Source: Dehalococcoidales bacterium
GTDB taxonomy: Bacteria > Chloroflexota > Dehalococcoidia > Dehalococcoidales > RBG-16-60-22
DNA: 64,000 bases
Reading direction: 5' to 3'
NCBI GenBank assembly: GCA_002688435.1
Contig: NZCW01000007.1
Coordinates: 9,269-73,268, forward strand
Numbering within the stretch: position 1 is the stretch's first letter; every line of letters starts with the position of its first letter. Under the pieces are notes generated by a model. The model made no database searches. It was not told the DNA's origin and saw nothing but the letters and a program-made list of their open reading frames with translations. Of this stretch, positions 1-8,003 are shown piece after piece. The translations under genes and the position numbers were made by a program.

Positions 1-133
1 CAAAACTATAAGCAGCTATTACTAGAAATATTGAAAAAGGAATACCTGGTGTTATTACACCAATATATGCCATACCAACACAAAACATTCCTAAAGTAAA
101 CCATACTGGTTTTGGGATTCTTGATTTTTTCAT
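1..133 (-). CDS. DUF454/YbaN-like inner-membrane protein, N-terminal part (gene runs off the window edge)
   Basis: ATG at 133 on the minus strand. It translates to MKKSRIPKPVWFTLGMFCVGMAYIGVITPGIPFSIFLVIAAYSF..., a basic N-terminus followed by a hydrophobic helix as in YbaN-type proteins. It is not in the ORF track because the window truncates it. Confidence 0.5.
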   Translation of the reverse strand, partial: MKKSRIPKPVWFTLGMFCVGMAYIGVITPGIPFSIFLVIAAYSF

Positions 134-503
134 TTTCAGCCTCTATGCTGCTATCGAGTCGGTGAGTGATATTTTCTAGACCCCGGTCAAAGACCTTCTT
201 TGTACGTAGTGAAACCTCGTCGCCCATTAATATTCGGACTTTATCAACCTTTTGCCATTCGCCACCTAAAGCAAGCAAAGAGCCAATTTCGAAAAACCCT
301 GTGGCTATATCAATTGATTGAGAAAGCTGGCACCACTCATGGAGATAATCTCTTACTTTCCAGTCTTCATCACTATTATCGATGATAAATAGTTCAGTAC
401 CAGATTTCTTTGGCGTGCTATCACGGGATTCTCCAAGTCTGGTTCCAAGTAACTAATCCCCTAAACCCAGTTGATCCTTTTTACTTTTCTTAGATTTACT
501 CAT
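134..503 (-). pseudogene. N-terminal relic of a PLD-domain/helicase-type (restriction- or defence-associated) protein
   Basis: ATG at 503, in-frame TAG at 455-453, then ...GTELFIIDNSDEDWKVRDYLHEWCQLSQSIDIATGFFEIGSLLALGGEWQKVDKVRILMGDEVSLRTKKVF...SIEAENEK. This resembles the N-termini of PLD-nuclease/helicase fusion proteins. The similarity stops near 140, where the YbaN-like gene starts in another frame. Confidence 0.5.
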
Positions 504-643
504 TAGATAGTCTTGTCATTTTCCAATCCACTAGGAAGTCCTTATAGCTGAGGAAATTATACACCTGTGGCCGTTTGTCAACAAGGAATATTTTTATCCT
601 TGATTCGTTCTGCTTTTTTCGAATGTAGTATTGGAACCATCCA

Positions 644-742
644 TGTATTACGTCATCCGAAGCCCTCAGCTTGGGGTAAACTATTTTTTAAAATTCAATT
701 AATCGTGGGGATTATCTTTGGGAATAGTTTCGCACATCCCTA
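644..742. repeat. Copy A of a ~100-bp repeat; matches the right half of the 235-bp inverted-repeat element at 40301-40401
   Basis: Aligned by eye: 3 substitutions plus a 2-nt T-run length difference over ~100 bp. Same orientation as the 40.3 kb copy. It ends in the same ...TTTCGCACATCCCTA terminus. Weaker similarity may extend left to about 603. Confidence 0.85.
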
Positions 743-834
743 AGCTTAAAAATAACAATCAAAAAATATTGCAATAATTTATCTAACGTGCTATACTTCC
801 CCTGACTAAACTGAAAAGGGAAATAAATGTGAAC

Positions 835-928
835 CTTTAAGCTGGTCCGGCGAGGCTGGCAAGGAAAATCAAGAAAACTGACCTGAACTAAAATAACCTC
901 TTGCCAGCCACGGCAGGAGGTTATTTTT
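835..928 (+). promoter_or_regulatory. PyrR-binding attenuator / leader of the pyr operon
   Basis: GUCCGGCGAGGCU (845-857) fits the PyrR box RUCCRGMGAGGYU inside the hairpin CCUUUAAGCUGGUCCGGCGAGGCUGGCAAGG. GGCTGGCAAG (855-864) can alternatively pair with CTTGCCAGCC (900-909). A terminator stem CCTCTTGCC/GGCAGGAGG (897-920) is followed by TTATTTTT. The stem also sequesters the GGAGG Shine-Dalgarno of pyrR. Confidence 0.75.
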
Positions 929-1531
929 ATGTCCAAAAAAATCGTGATGACCCCGGAAGATATCCAGCGTACGCTGGCCCGTGTCGCCCACGAAATCCTC
1001 GAGCAGAACAAGACCTTCGACCGGCTGGTACTGGTGGGAATACGTACCCGGGGCGCGCCTCTGGCTGAACGGCTGGCGGTCAACATAGCAAGCTTTGAGC
1101 AAGCCAAAATACCGGTAGGTGCGTTGGACATCAATCTCTACCGAGATGATTTTCCTTCACCAGACCGTCAGTCTATGGTCCACCACGCTGACATCCCCGC
1201 GGACATTAGCGGCAAATCAATCGTGCTGGTAGATGATGTCCTCTATACCGGGCGCAGCACCCGTGCGGCCATGGACGCACTGATAGACCTGGGACGTCCC
1301 GACTCAATCCAGCTGGCCGTCCTCATTGACCGGGGCCACCGGGAGATGCCGATACGGCCCGACTATATCGGCAAGAACGTACCCAGCTCCAAGCACGAAG
1401 AGATAAAAGTCCAGCTGGTGGAGACCGACGGCCTAGACGAAGTCGCCATCGTCCGCCAGGACACTGATAAACTGAGTGAACCAGAAGAAGTAATTTCTCG
1501 GAAAAGGAGCTACTATGCGTCTAGCAAATAA
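929..1531 (+). CDS. pyrR: Bifunctional pyr operon regulator / uracil phosphoribosyltransferase PyrR
   Basis: 200-aa ORF with the PRTase motif [16 protein letters not shown]. Preceded by a PyrR-type attenuator and followed by pyrB with a 17-nt overlap. Confidence 0.93.
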   Translation: MSKKIVMTPEDIQRTLARVAHEILEQNKTFDRLVLVGIRTRGAPLAERLAVNIASFEQAKIPVGALDINLYRDDFPSPDRQSMVHHADIPADISGKSIVLVDDVLYTGRSTRAAMDALIDLGRPDSIQLAVLIDRGHREMPIRPDYIGKNVPSSKHEEIKVQLVETDGLDEVAIVRQDTDKLSEPEEVISRKRSYYASSK

Positions 1532-2939
1532 AAATCTGGTAACCATAGACGATTTATCCAATGGGGAAATGGAAGCCATATTTTCCCTGGCTAATGAGAT
1601 GTCCGGCACGATGAATGAGCAGTTTGGCCTGTGCCGGGGCAAGGTTATGGCCAGCCTGTTCTTTGAACCGAGCACCCGGACACGGCTCTCCTTCGAGACG
1701 GCCATGCACCGCCTCGGCGGCAGTATCATTACGGTGTCGGATGTCGGCGCCACCTCGCTAGCCAAGGGAGAAAGCATCGCTGATATGGCCAGAGTGATCG
1801 GGAGTTATGTTGACTTGATTGTCATCCGGCACCCCTGGGAAGGCGCCGCCAGGGTGGTGGCCGATTACTCCAGCGTACCGGTGATAAATGCCGGTGACGG
1901 AGGCCACCAGCACCCTACCCAGACCTTGTGCGACCTTTACACCATCCAGAAAGATAAGAAAACCATCAAGGGGTTAAACATTGCCCTGTGGGGCGACCTG
2001 AAATATGGGCGGACGGTGCACTCTCTGATTTTCGCCCTGGCCAAGTTCGGGGCCAATATCCTTTTCTACCCCACTCCCGGTCTGAAAGTACCGGAGCACG
2101 TGCTCAAGAAATTGACCATGGAATACGGAGGGGAACTAGAAAGGCGGGATACGCTTAACCGCACCGTGAAAGACAGCCTCATCCCCCTGGATGCCATATA
2201 CCTGACCCCGAGCAGCCCGCACCAGCTGGCCATGATGCCCAATCTCAATCTCCAGGTTGAGACGAGGACAGGTATTGACGCCCTTTACGTCACCAGACCA
2301 CAGAAGGAGAGGTTCACCGCCGCCGAGAAGGGGCAGGAGCTAAAGAAAAGCCACCCAGTGGTCGACAAAAAAATGCTCCGGGGCAAAGCGTTTCGCCAGA
2401 CCCTAGTCATGCACCCACTACCGCGGGTGGACGAGCTGGCTTACGAGCTGGACGCCGACCCCAGGAGCCGATATTTCCAGCAGGCAGCCCAAGGAGTGCC
2501 GGTCAGGATGGCGCTCATCTCTCTCTTGCTAGGAATCAAGGAAGTGCCTCTACCAGCGGAAGATACCTTACCCGAAATAGAATATCCCCTGTACCGTCGC
2601 GAATTCGGTCCCAGTTGCCCGAACCCGCGGTGTGTCTCGATACAGGAAACCGAAACCAAGTACCTCCAGCCGGAATTCAAGGTAGTAAACCGCGAGCCTC
2701 TGACACTGCGCTGCACCTATTGTGAACACGGGTTTGAGCCCAGATACGTGGCCAGCTCGGACTGGCATAAGGGTACAATAGCGACCAAAAAGTACCACAG
2801 CGCGGTCAGCCACTGGGCGAGGAAAATCAGGCCGGAGTACCTGATCGTTTTCAACTCCGAAGAAGAAGCCCTGGCTCGCGGCTTCAAGCCCAGCCGTTTT
2901 TCCGGTATGCGCCGGCAGGGAAAATCCAAGAAACAATGA
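1515..2939 (+). CDS. pyrB: Aspartate carbamoyltransferase catalytic chain fused to a PyrI-type zinc domain and an extra C-terminal tail
   Basis: 474 aa. ATCase motifs [16 protein letters not shown] and HPLPRV lie in the first ~330 aa. These are followed by CPNPRCVS...[10 protein letters not shown] (PyrI C-terminal Zn-domain pattern) and [39 protein letters not shown]. Confidence 0.9.
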   Translation: MRLANKNLVTIDDLSNGEMEAIFSLANEMSGTMNEQFGLCRGKVMASLFFEPSTRTRLSFETAMHRLGGSIITVSDVGATSLAKGESIADMARVIGSYVDLIVIRHPWEGAARVVADYSSVPVINAGDGGHQHPTQTLCDLYTIQKDKKTIKGLNIALWGDLKYGRTVHSLIFALAKFGANILFYPTPGLKVPEHVLKKLTMEYGGELERRDTLNRTVKDSLIPLDAIYLTPSSPHQLAMMPNLNLQVETRTGIDALYVTRPQKERFTAAEKGQELKKSHPVVDKKMLRGKAFRQTLVMHPLPRVDELAYELDADPRSRYFQQAAQGVPVRMALISLLLGIKEVPLPAEDTLPEIEYPLYRREFGPSCPNPRCVSIQETETKYLQPEFKVVNREPLTLRCTYCEHGFEPRYVASSDWHKGTIATKKYHSAVSHWARKIRPEYLIVFNSEEEALARGFKPSRFSGMRRQGKSKKQ

Positions 2940-4261
2940 TGCATTCCTGGTTAATCCAGAAAGGGCGGATAATCGACCCCGACCAGGGGATAGATGAAAT
3001 CGGCAGTCTGCTTATCCGTGAGGGCAAAATCGTCTGGCGGGGGGAAATTCCGCCCCAAGCGGATTACCACGTCCTTCACGCCGAAGGGTTAATTGTCTGT
3101 CCCGGGTTCATCGATTTCCACTGCCATCTCCGGCAGCCCGGCTTTGAGGAAAAAGAGACCATCGCCACCGGCACTCAGGCAGCCGCCAGAGGCGGCTTTA
3201 CCACCGTCTGTTGTATGCCCAACACCAGCCCACCTCTGGATAACTCCAGAATTATAGATTATGTTAAATCTCTGGCGACCCGGGAGAGCGTTGTCCGGGT
3301 GCTGCCGATTGGCTGTGTCACCATTGGTCGAAAAGGAGAAGTGCTGGTCCCGATGGCTGATCTGGCGACCGCAGGGGTAGTCGCCTACAGTGATGACGGC
3401 AGTCCGATACGCAGTTCCCGCCTGATGCACCAAGCGCTGAACCACAGCCGCACCCTCGGTCTACCGGTGATTGACCACTGCGAGGACGCCGCCTTGAGTG
3501 AAGGCGGCCAAGTCAATGAAGGCGTCGTCTCGTTAGAATTGGGGCTGCGCGGTATACCCACCGCTGCCGAGGAAACCATGGTCCACCGCAACCTGACACT
3601 GGCCAAGCAGCTGGCGGGATGTCACCTGCACATCGCCCATGTCAGCACCGGGGGCTCGGTTGAGCTTATCCGCCGCGCCAAAAAGCAGGGCATCACGGTT
3701 ACCGCCGAGGTCACGCCGCATCATCTGACCATGACCGAGGCCGCCGCCCTAGGCCACAATACCAGCGCCAAGGTAAGTCCCCCTCTGAGAACAGAGCGGG
3801 ACAACCGGGCTCTGGTTCAGGGACTCAGGGAAAACGTAATTGATATTATCGCCACCGACCATGCCCCACACGCCGCCGCGGACAAGGACTACTCCATGAC
3901 CCTCGCCGCCTCCGGCATCAGCGTCTTTGAGACCGCCCTAGGCAGTCTGATGGGCCTAGTGCACGACGGACAGCTACCATTAGATACCCTCATCGCCCGG
4001 CTTACCGCGGCCCCGGCTCGGCTGATTAATGACCAGATACGGGGTACGCTGAAAATCGGCGCCCCGGCGGATATCACCATCTTTGACCCGGACAAAGAGT
4101 GGGTGGTAGACACCGCAAAATTTATCTCCAAAGGCAGAAACACCCCACTAGCGGGCGCCACGCTCAAAGGAAAGACGATGGCCACCATTTGCGATGGAGA
4201 ACTGGTCTATCAAGACGATTCGATTAAACTGACCGAGTTTCAGAAAGGCAGAGCCGCATAA
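2936..4261 (+). CDS. pyrC: Dihydroorotase
   Basis: 441 aa. Amidohydrolase HxH motif FIDFHCHLRQPG, plus ATDHAPH. ATGA start/stop overlap with pyrB. Confidence 0.93.
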   Translation: MMHSWLIQKGRIIDPDQGIDEIGSLLIREGKIVWRGEIPPQADYHVLHAEGLIVCPGFIDFHCHLRQPGFEEKETIATGTQAAARGGFTTVCCMPNTSPPLDNSRIIDYVKSLATRESVVRVLPIGCVTIGRKGEVLVPMADLATAGVVAYSDDGSPIRSSRLMHQALNHSRTLGLPVIDHCEDAALSEGGQVNEGVVSLELGLRGIPTAAEETMVHRNLTLAKQLAGCHLHIAHVSTGGSVELIRRAKKQGITVTAEVTPHHLTMTEAAALGHNTSAKVSPPLRTERDNRALVQGLRENVIDIIATDHAPHAAADKDYSMTLAASGISVFETALGSLMGLVHDGQLPLDTLIARLTAAPARLINDQIRGTLKIGAPADITIFDPDKEWVVDTAKFISKGRNTPLAGATLKGKTMATICDGELVYQDDSIKLTEFQKGRAA

Positions 4262-4298
4262 TAGGCCTGAGGGGAATCAAAGAGGGGCAGGGATAAAA

Positions 4299-4532
4299 AT
4301 GATATGGAGATTGAAAGACAGATTAGAAGTCACCCGGATAAACTTAAACGACGGCACCGTAGACGGTGTGGTCAATACCATCACCGGGAGACAGACGGCA
4401 CTAAGAGACGGGTTCTATATTCGCCGGGCGGCGGAAAAGCGCATTCCCTGTTTCACCCCCCTGGACACCGTCCGAGCCACCCCCTTCCAGAGCACCGAGG
4501 AAAGGAATCAACTTGAAGCAGGTTACAGCTAA
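4299..4532 (+). pseudogene. Relic of the C-terminal (MGS-like) end of carbamoyl-phosphate synthase large subunit
   Basis: 77-aa ORF ...DGTVDGVVNTITGRQTALRDGFYIRRAAEKRIPCFTPLDTVRA... resembles the last ~55 residues of CarB/PyrAB. It sits where carA-carB lie in Bacillus-type pyr operons, and its end overlaps the pyrK start. Confidence 0.65.
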
Positions 4533-5319
4533 AATTATCAGGAATGAGCCGGTTCTAAAAGAGTTGGCACGGCGCCATGCCCGGAGTATCTCCGGCAGCT
4601 GGCTCATCTGGCTGAGATGCCCGGAAATCGCTCGGGAAGTCCGCCCGGGACAATTCGTCATGGTACGCTGCGGGGAAAAGTTAACCTTGCCACGCCCGTT
4701 CAGCGTACACCGGGTAAAGGAGAACAGGGTGGCCCTTTTCTTCACCGTCTGGGCTGACGGCCAGGGCACTCACTGGCTATCACGGCGTAAAGCCGGCGAC
4801 AGTCTGGAGCTATTCGGGCCACTGGGCAACGGCTATGATATTTACCGCGCTTCCAAAAACCTGCTGCTGGTCGGCGGTGGCATGGGCGTGGCCCCGCTGT
4901 ACTTTCTGGGAGAACAGGCACGAGACCAAGGCTATGCGCTAACGCTGCTGCTGGGAGCGCAAACAGCCTCTCAGCTTTACCCGGAAAAACTCCTGCCGTC
5001 CGGAATAGACCTAGTAACCGCTACCGACGACGGGACCGCCGGTAAAAAGGGGTCGGTAAGTGCCCTGCTCCCGGACTATACCAGCCGGGCCGACCAGATT
5101 TTCGCCTGCGGCCCCCGCGCCATGTACCGGGCTATGTCACCGATGCCAGCGCTAAAAGATAAGCCGGTCCAAGTCTCCTTGGAAGCGAGGATGGGCTGCG
5201 GACTCGGTATCTGCTATGGCTGCACCGTCAGGATCAACAACGGTTTGAGACAGGTATGCCAAGACGGCCCGGTCTTCAACCTGAACGACCTCCCGGCAGA
5301 GGAACTAAACCCCATCTAA
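4513..5319 (+). CDS. pyrK: Dihydroorotate dehydrogenase electron-transfer subunit
   Basis: 268 aa, TTG start. Ferredoxin-reductase-like fold with the C-terminal 2Fe-2S motif CGLGICYGCTV...VCQDGPVF. Confidence 0.9.
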   Translation: MKQVTAKIIRNEPVLKELARRHARSISGSWLIWLRCPEIAREVRPGQFVMVRCGEKLTLPRPFSVHRVKENRVALFFTVWADGQGTHWLSRRKAGDSLELFGPLGNGYDIYRASKNLLLVGGGMGVAPLYFLGEQARDQGYALTLLLGAQTASQLYPEKLLPSGIDLVTATDDGTAGKKGSVSALLPDYTSRADQIFACGPRAMYRAMSPMPALKDKPVQVSLEARMGCGLGICYGCTVRINNGLRQVCQDGPVFNLNDLPAEELNPI

Positions 5320-5341
5320 ACTTCTGTCCCTCACTGCTCTT

Positions 5342-6194
5342 CTAGAGTGAGGTGTCTTTGCCCGCCCACCGCCTCTCTTTCAGCCACTGCTTGCGGGCGG
5401 AGTAAAAGGTGTCCCACTTCACTTGGCCTATGGGCAGAGTCATACCGCCGTCCACGCTCAGGCTAGTGCCGGTAACCATCAGTGCCCGGTCCGAGGCCAG
5501 AAACACCACTGCATCCGCCTGGTCTTCCGGCAGAATGAAGTCCTGCAAGGCCGTGGCCAGACGCATCTCTTCCTTGACCTCGGGTGTCATCCGGCTCTAC
5601 ACCACCTCGGTCAGCGTGGAGCCGGGACAGACGGCGTTGACATTTATTTTATAAGGCCCCAACTCGAAAGCGGCGTGCCGGGTAAAGCCCAGGACGGCCG
5701 CCTTGGCCGCGCTGTAAGCTATTCCTCCGTACATGGTCATCCTCAGCCCAGCAATGGAGGCCATGTTCACTATTTTGCCGCCGCCCCCCTTTTTCATGAC
5801 CTCGGCCACCGCCTTAGTGCAGTTGAAGAGCCCTTTTAGATTGATGTCCATCGTCCAGTCCCATTCGGCGACTGGCATGTCTTCCAGCAACCAAGCATGG
5901 TCGCCCCCCCCACACATTATTCACTAGGACGTCAATCCCGCCCCATTCGGTAACCATACGGTCGACCATCCCTGTGACTTCAGCTTCTTTCAGCACGTTA
6001 GCGTGGAAAGCCATCGCCTTGGCGCCCAGTTTTTCTATCTCCTGGGCTGTCTCCTCGGCATTATACAGGTCAGCCACCGCCACGCAGGCGCCCTCTCGGG
6101 CCAAGGCCAGACAGCACGCTTTGCCCAAGCCGCGGCCGCTCCCTGTCACCAGCGCTTTCTTCCTTTCCAGCCCGGCATACATCGGGTCAGGCAT
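5342..6194 (-). pseudogene. Short-chain dehydrogenase/reductase (FabG-like), disrupted
   Basis: Three consecutive ORFs (5814-6194, 5597-5917, 5342-5590) together give a full SDR: TGSGRGLG, NNVWGG, YSAAKAAV, PG..T. There is a +1 frameshift in a run of 8 G (plus-strand C8 at 5904-5911; 7 would restore the frame) and an in-frame TAG at 5599-5597. Confidence 0.8.
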
Positions 6195-6306
6195 AGGTCC
6201 ACCTCCATTATTTCATGCGGAATCCCCGTCCCTATTTTACACCTTGATCCGGTTCTCCACCACTCTTGTTTTTCGCTTAAAGAAAGTGTGATAAACCAGC
6301 ACCCGG

Positions 6307-6470
6307 CTACAAACTCAGCAGCCGGGCCGGGTTTGTTTTCACCATCTGGGTAATTTCCTCTTCGCCGAGGTCACCCCAGAGCATAGAGCTGATGAATCTT
6401 CTCAGGCTCTCCGCTGCGGGAGATTGTATGGTCAAGCCCTTGGCCTATCGCCGCTATTTAGGGCAGGGTG
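6307..6470 (-). pseudogene. C-terminal fragment of an amidohydrolase-type gene (frameshifted relic)
   Basis: The minus strand reads ...GDLGEEEITQMVKTNPARLLSL* (stop at 6309-6307), a typical amidohydrolase-superfamily C-terminus. The upstream part (...EPEKIHQLYALG) is in a different frame, and no intact N-terminal region exists. Confidence 0.4.
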
Positions 6471-6539
6471 TATTCAAGCATGACCTCATCTCGTTAAATC
6501 CTGTTTATTTTGAAGGCCATTCAATATCAGGTGGCTTTA

Positions 6540-6567
6540 ATTATAGTCCTACTTACGCAATTGTCAA
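6540..6567 (-). promoter_or_regulatory. Sigma70-type promoter (TTGACA-16-TATAAT) with no intact gene downstream
   Basis: Minus strand: TTGACA (6567-6562), a 16-nt spacer, TATAAT (6545-6540). It fires toward the amidohydrolase relic. Confidence 0.5.
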
Positions 6568-6645
6568 TACCCTGTGGTCCGCTTATTTTCCCTTATCTTC
6601 CCTCTTTCTCTTATAATATGTTTTAGCCGTAAGAGGAGGTGTGCT

Positions 6646-7062
6646 ATGGTCATCACTGGGAAAATCAGCCTGAAGAGCCGGGGAGAATGTGATATTCTAG
6701 ATATCACACCCCAAGTAGCGCAGCAGGTCACCAAAGCGGAGATAAATAGCGGCGTGGTCACCTTGTTTGTCGCCGGCTCCACCGCCGGCCTGACCACTAT
6801 TGAATTTGAGCCCGGCCTGATCTCTGATTTTCAGAGCGTATGGGAGCGCGTTGCCCCCAAAAGTATCCCCTATAACCACGACCGCCGCTGGGGCGACGGT
6901 AATGGCTATTCCCACGTCCAGGCCTCACTATTGGGCGCCTCACTGGTCGTCCCTTTTCATAAACAAAAATTAACCCTAGGCACCTGGCAGCAGATAGTGG
7001 TGGTGGACTTTGATAACCGACCGCGGTCAAGACAGATCATCGTGCAGATTATGGGAGATTAG
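6646..7062 (+). CDS. YjbQ/UPF0047 family protein (secondary thiamine-phosphate synthase-like)
   Basis: I prefer the ATG at 6646, preceded by GAGGAGG, over the track start at 6574. MVITGKISLKSRGECDILDITPQV...GTWQQIVVVDFDNRPRSRQIIVQIMGD is typical of YjbQ. Confidence 0.85.
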   Translation: MVITGKISLKSRGECDILDITPQVAQQVTKAEINSGVVTLFVAGSTAGLTTIEFEPGLISDFQSVWERVAPKSIPYNHDRRWGDGNGYSHVQASLLGASLVVPFHKQKLTLGTWQQIVVVDFDNRPRSRQIIVQIMGD

Positions 7063-7160
7063 GAGATTTACTATTAACCCCATCCCCCTTCTCCCTATTT
7101 AGCCAACTTATTTCAGAGGTGATATAATAGTCATATACTCCTTTAAATCACAATTCTTAC

Positions 7161-8003
7161 GTGGAGACAAATGAAGTGAATATAGATAAAACTAAATGTA
7201 TCGGATGTGCCAACTGTGTTCCCATCTGTCCGATGGGAGCGATATACATAGCCGATGATGGTCTGTCAGAGATAAATCAAGAAACATGCGTTGAGTGCTA
7301 CACGTGCTACAGAGGAATGAGCACGGAGAACCTCCTTCAGCAACCTACGCGCTTCCTGAGAGGCCTTTTAGCTTTCTTCAAACTCCGCTTTCAGCCCGAT
7401 CCTGACATTTGCCCCAGCGGAGCCATAACAGCAGACGAACTGACTTGGCCAAGAATACTTCGCCGCGCCTTTAGCGACCCTCAGGCACCACATGAATCCA
7501 CAGGCATAGGAGGTAGAGGAACCCAGGAAGTGAAGACAAACGAGCTAACAGGGCGCGTAAAGGAAGGGGAAACCGGATTCACTGTAGAGTTCGGGAGACC
7601 GGGAGTTGGAGTCTATTTCAAGGAGGTAGACAAAGTGAGTCAGGCGCTTGCCAAAATGTCGGTCGAGTTTCAACCTGAGAATCCATTAACAGCACTCATG
7701 TTCAATGTTAAAACCGGGGAACTACGAGAGGATGTATTGAACGAGAAGGTGATGTCTTGTATCCTCGAGTTTAAAACCGACATAGCAAAAATGCCTGACA
7801 TACTGAATACAATCGAGGACGAGATCAGACAACTGGATACAGTAGTGGCACTAGGAGTATCTGTCCGATGCGATTCAAATGGGGACGATGCCGTGAGAGA
7901 CCAACTCACGTCAATGGGCTATGATGCCTGGCGAGCAAAGATAAATATCGGACTTGGCAAACATACTAATCCGGCACCCGCCGGAGAGGAGAAAGTATCT
8001 TGA
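7161..8003 (+). CDS. Uncharacterised protein with an N-terminal 2x[4Fe-4S] ferredoxin-like domain
   Basis: GTG start. CIGCANCVPICP plus CVECYTC...(long insert)...CPSGAI. I do not recognise the ~190-aa C-terminal region (GRGTQEVKTNELTGRVKEGETGFTVEFGRPG...). By eye it has lower GC than its neighbours. Confidence 0.7.
   Translation: METNEVNIDKTKCIGCANCVPICPMGAIYIADDGLSEINQETCVECYTCYRGMSTENLLQQPTRFLRGLLAFFKLRFQPDPDICPSGAITADELTWPRILRRAFSDPQAPHESTGIGGRGTQEVKTNELTGRVKEGETGFTVEFGRPGVGVYFKEVDKVSQALAKMSVEFQPENPLTALMFNVKTGELREDVLNEKVMSCILEFKTDIAKMPDILNTIEDEIRQLDTVVALGVSVRCDSNGDDAVRDQLTSMGYDAWRAKINIGLGKHTNPAPAGEEKVS

Noticed and set aside
712-1134. Minus-strand ORFs of 140 and 77 aa overlapping the pyrR leader and the pyrR 5' end.
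   Set aside because: They are antisense to a well-supported gene and attenuator. The translation has no recognisable features.
4304-4516. An alternative 70-aa ORF overlapping the carB relic in another frame (MEIERQIRSHPDKLKRRHRRRCGQ...).
   Set aside because: It is an Arg/His-rich frame with no similarity to anything I recognise. The other frame carries the CarB-like sequence.
5597-5599. Three in-frame TAG codons (455-453, 5599-5597, 55957-55959) in otherwise readable genes, in a window that also encodes corrinoid methyl-transfer proteins. I considered pyrrolysine or other TAG recoding.
   Set aside because: TAG clearly terminates conserved genes here (yjbQ, hisS, dnaK, the radical SAM gene, the nifU-like gene) at family-typical C-termini. 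Two other interrupted genes carry TAA instead, and two of the TAG-containing genes also have frameshifts. No pyl genes or methylamine methyltransferases are visible. Ordinary nonsense pseudogenes are the simpler reading.
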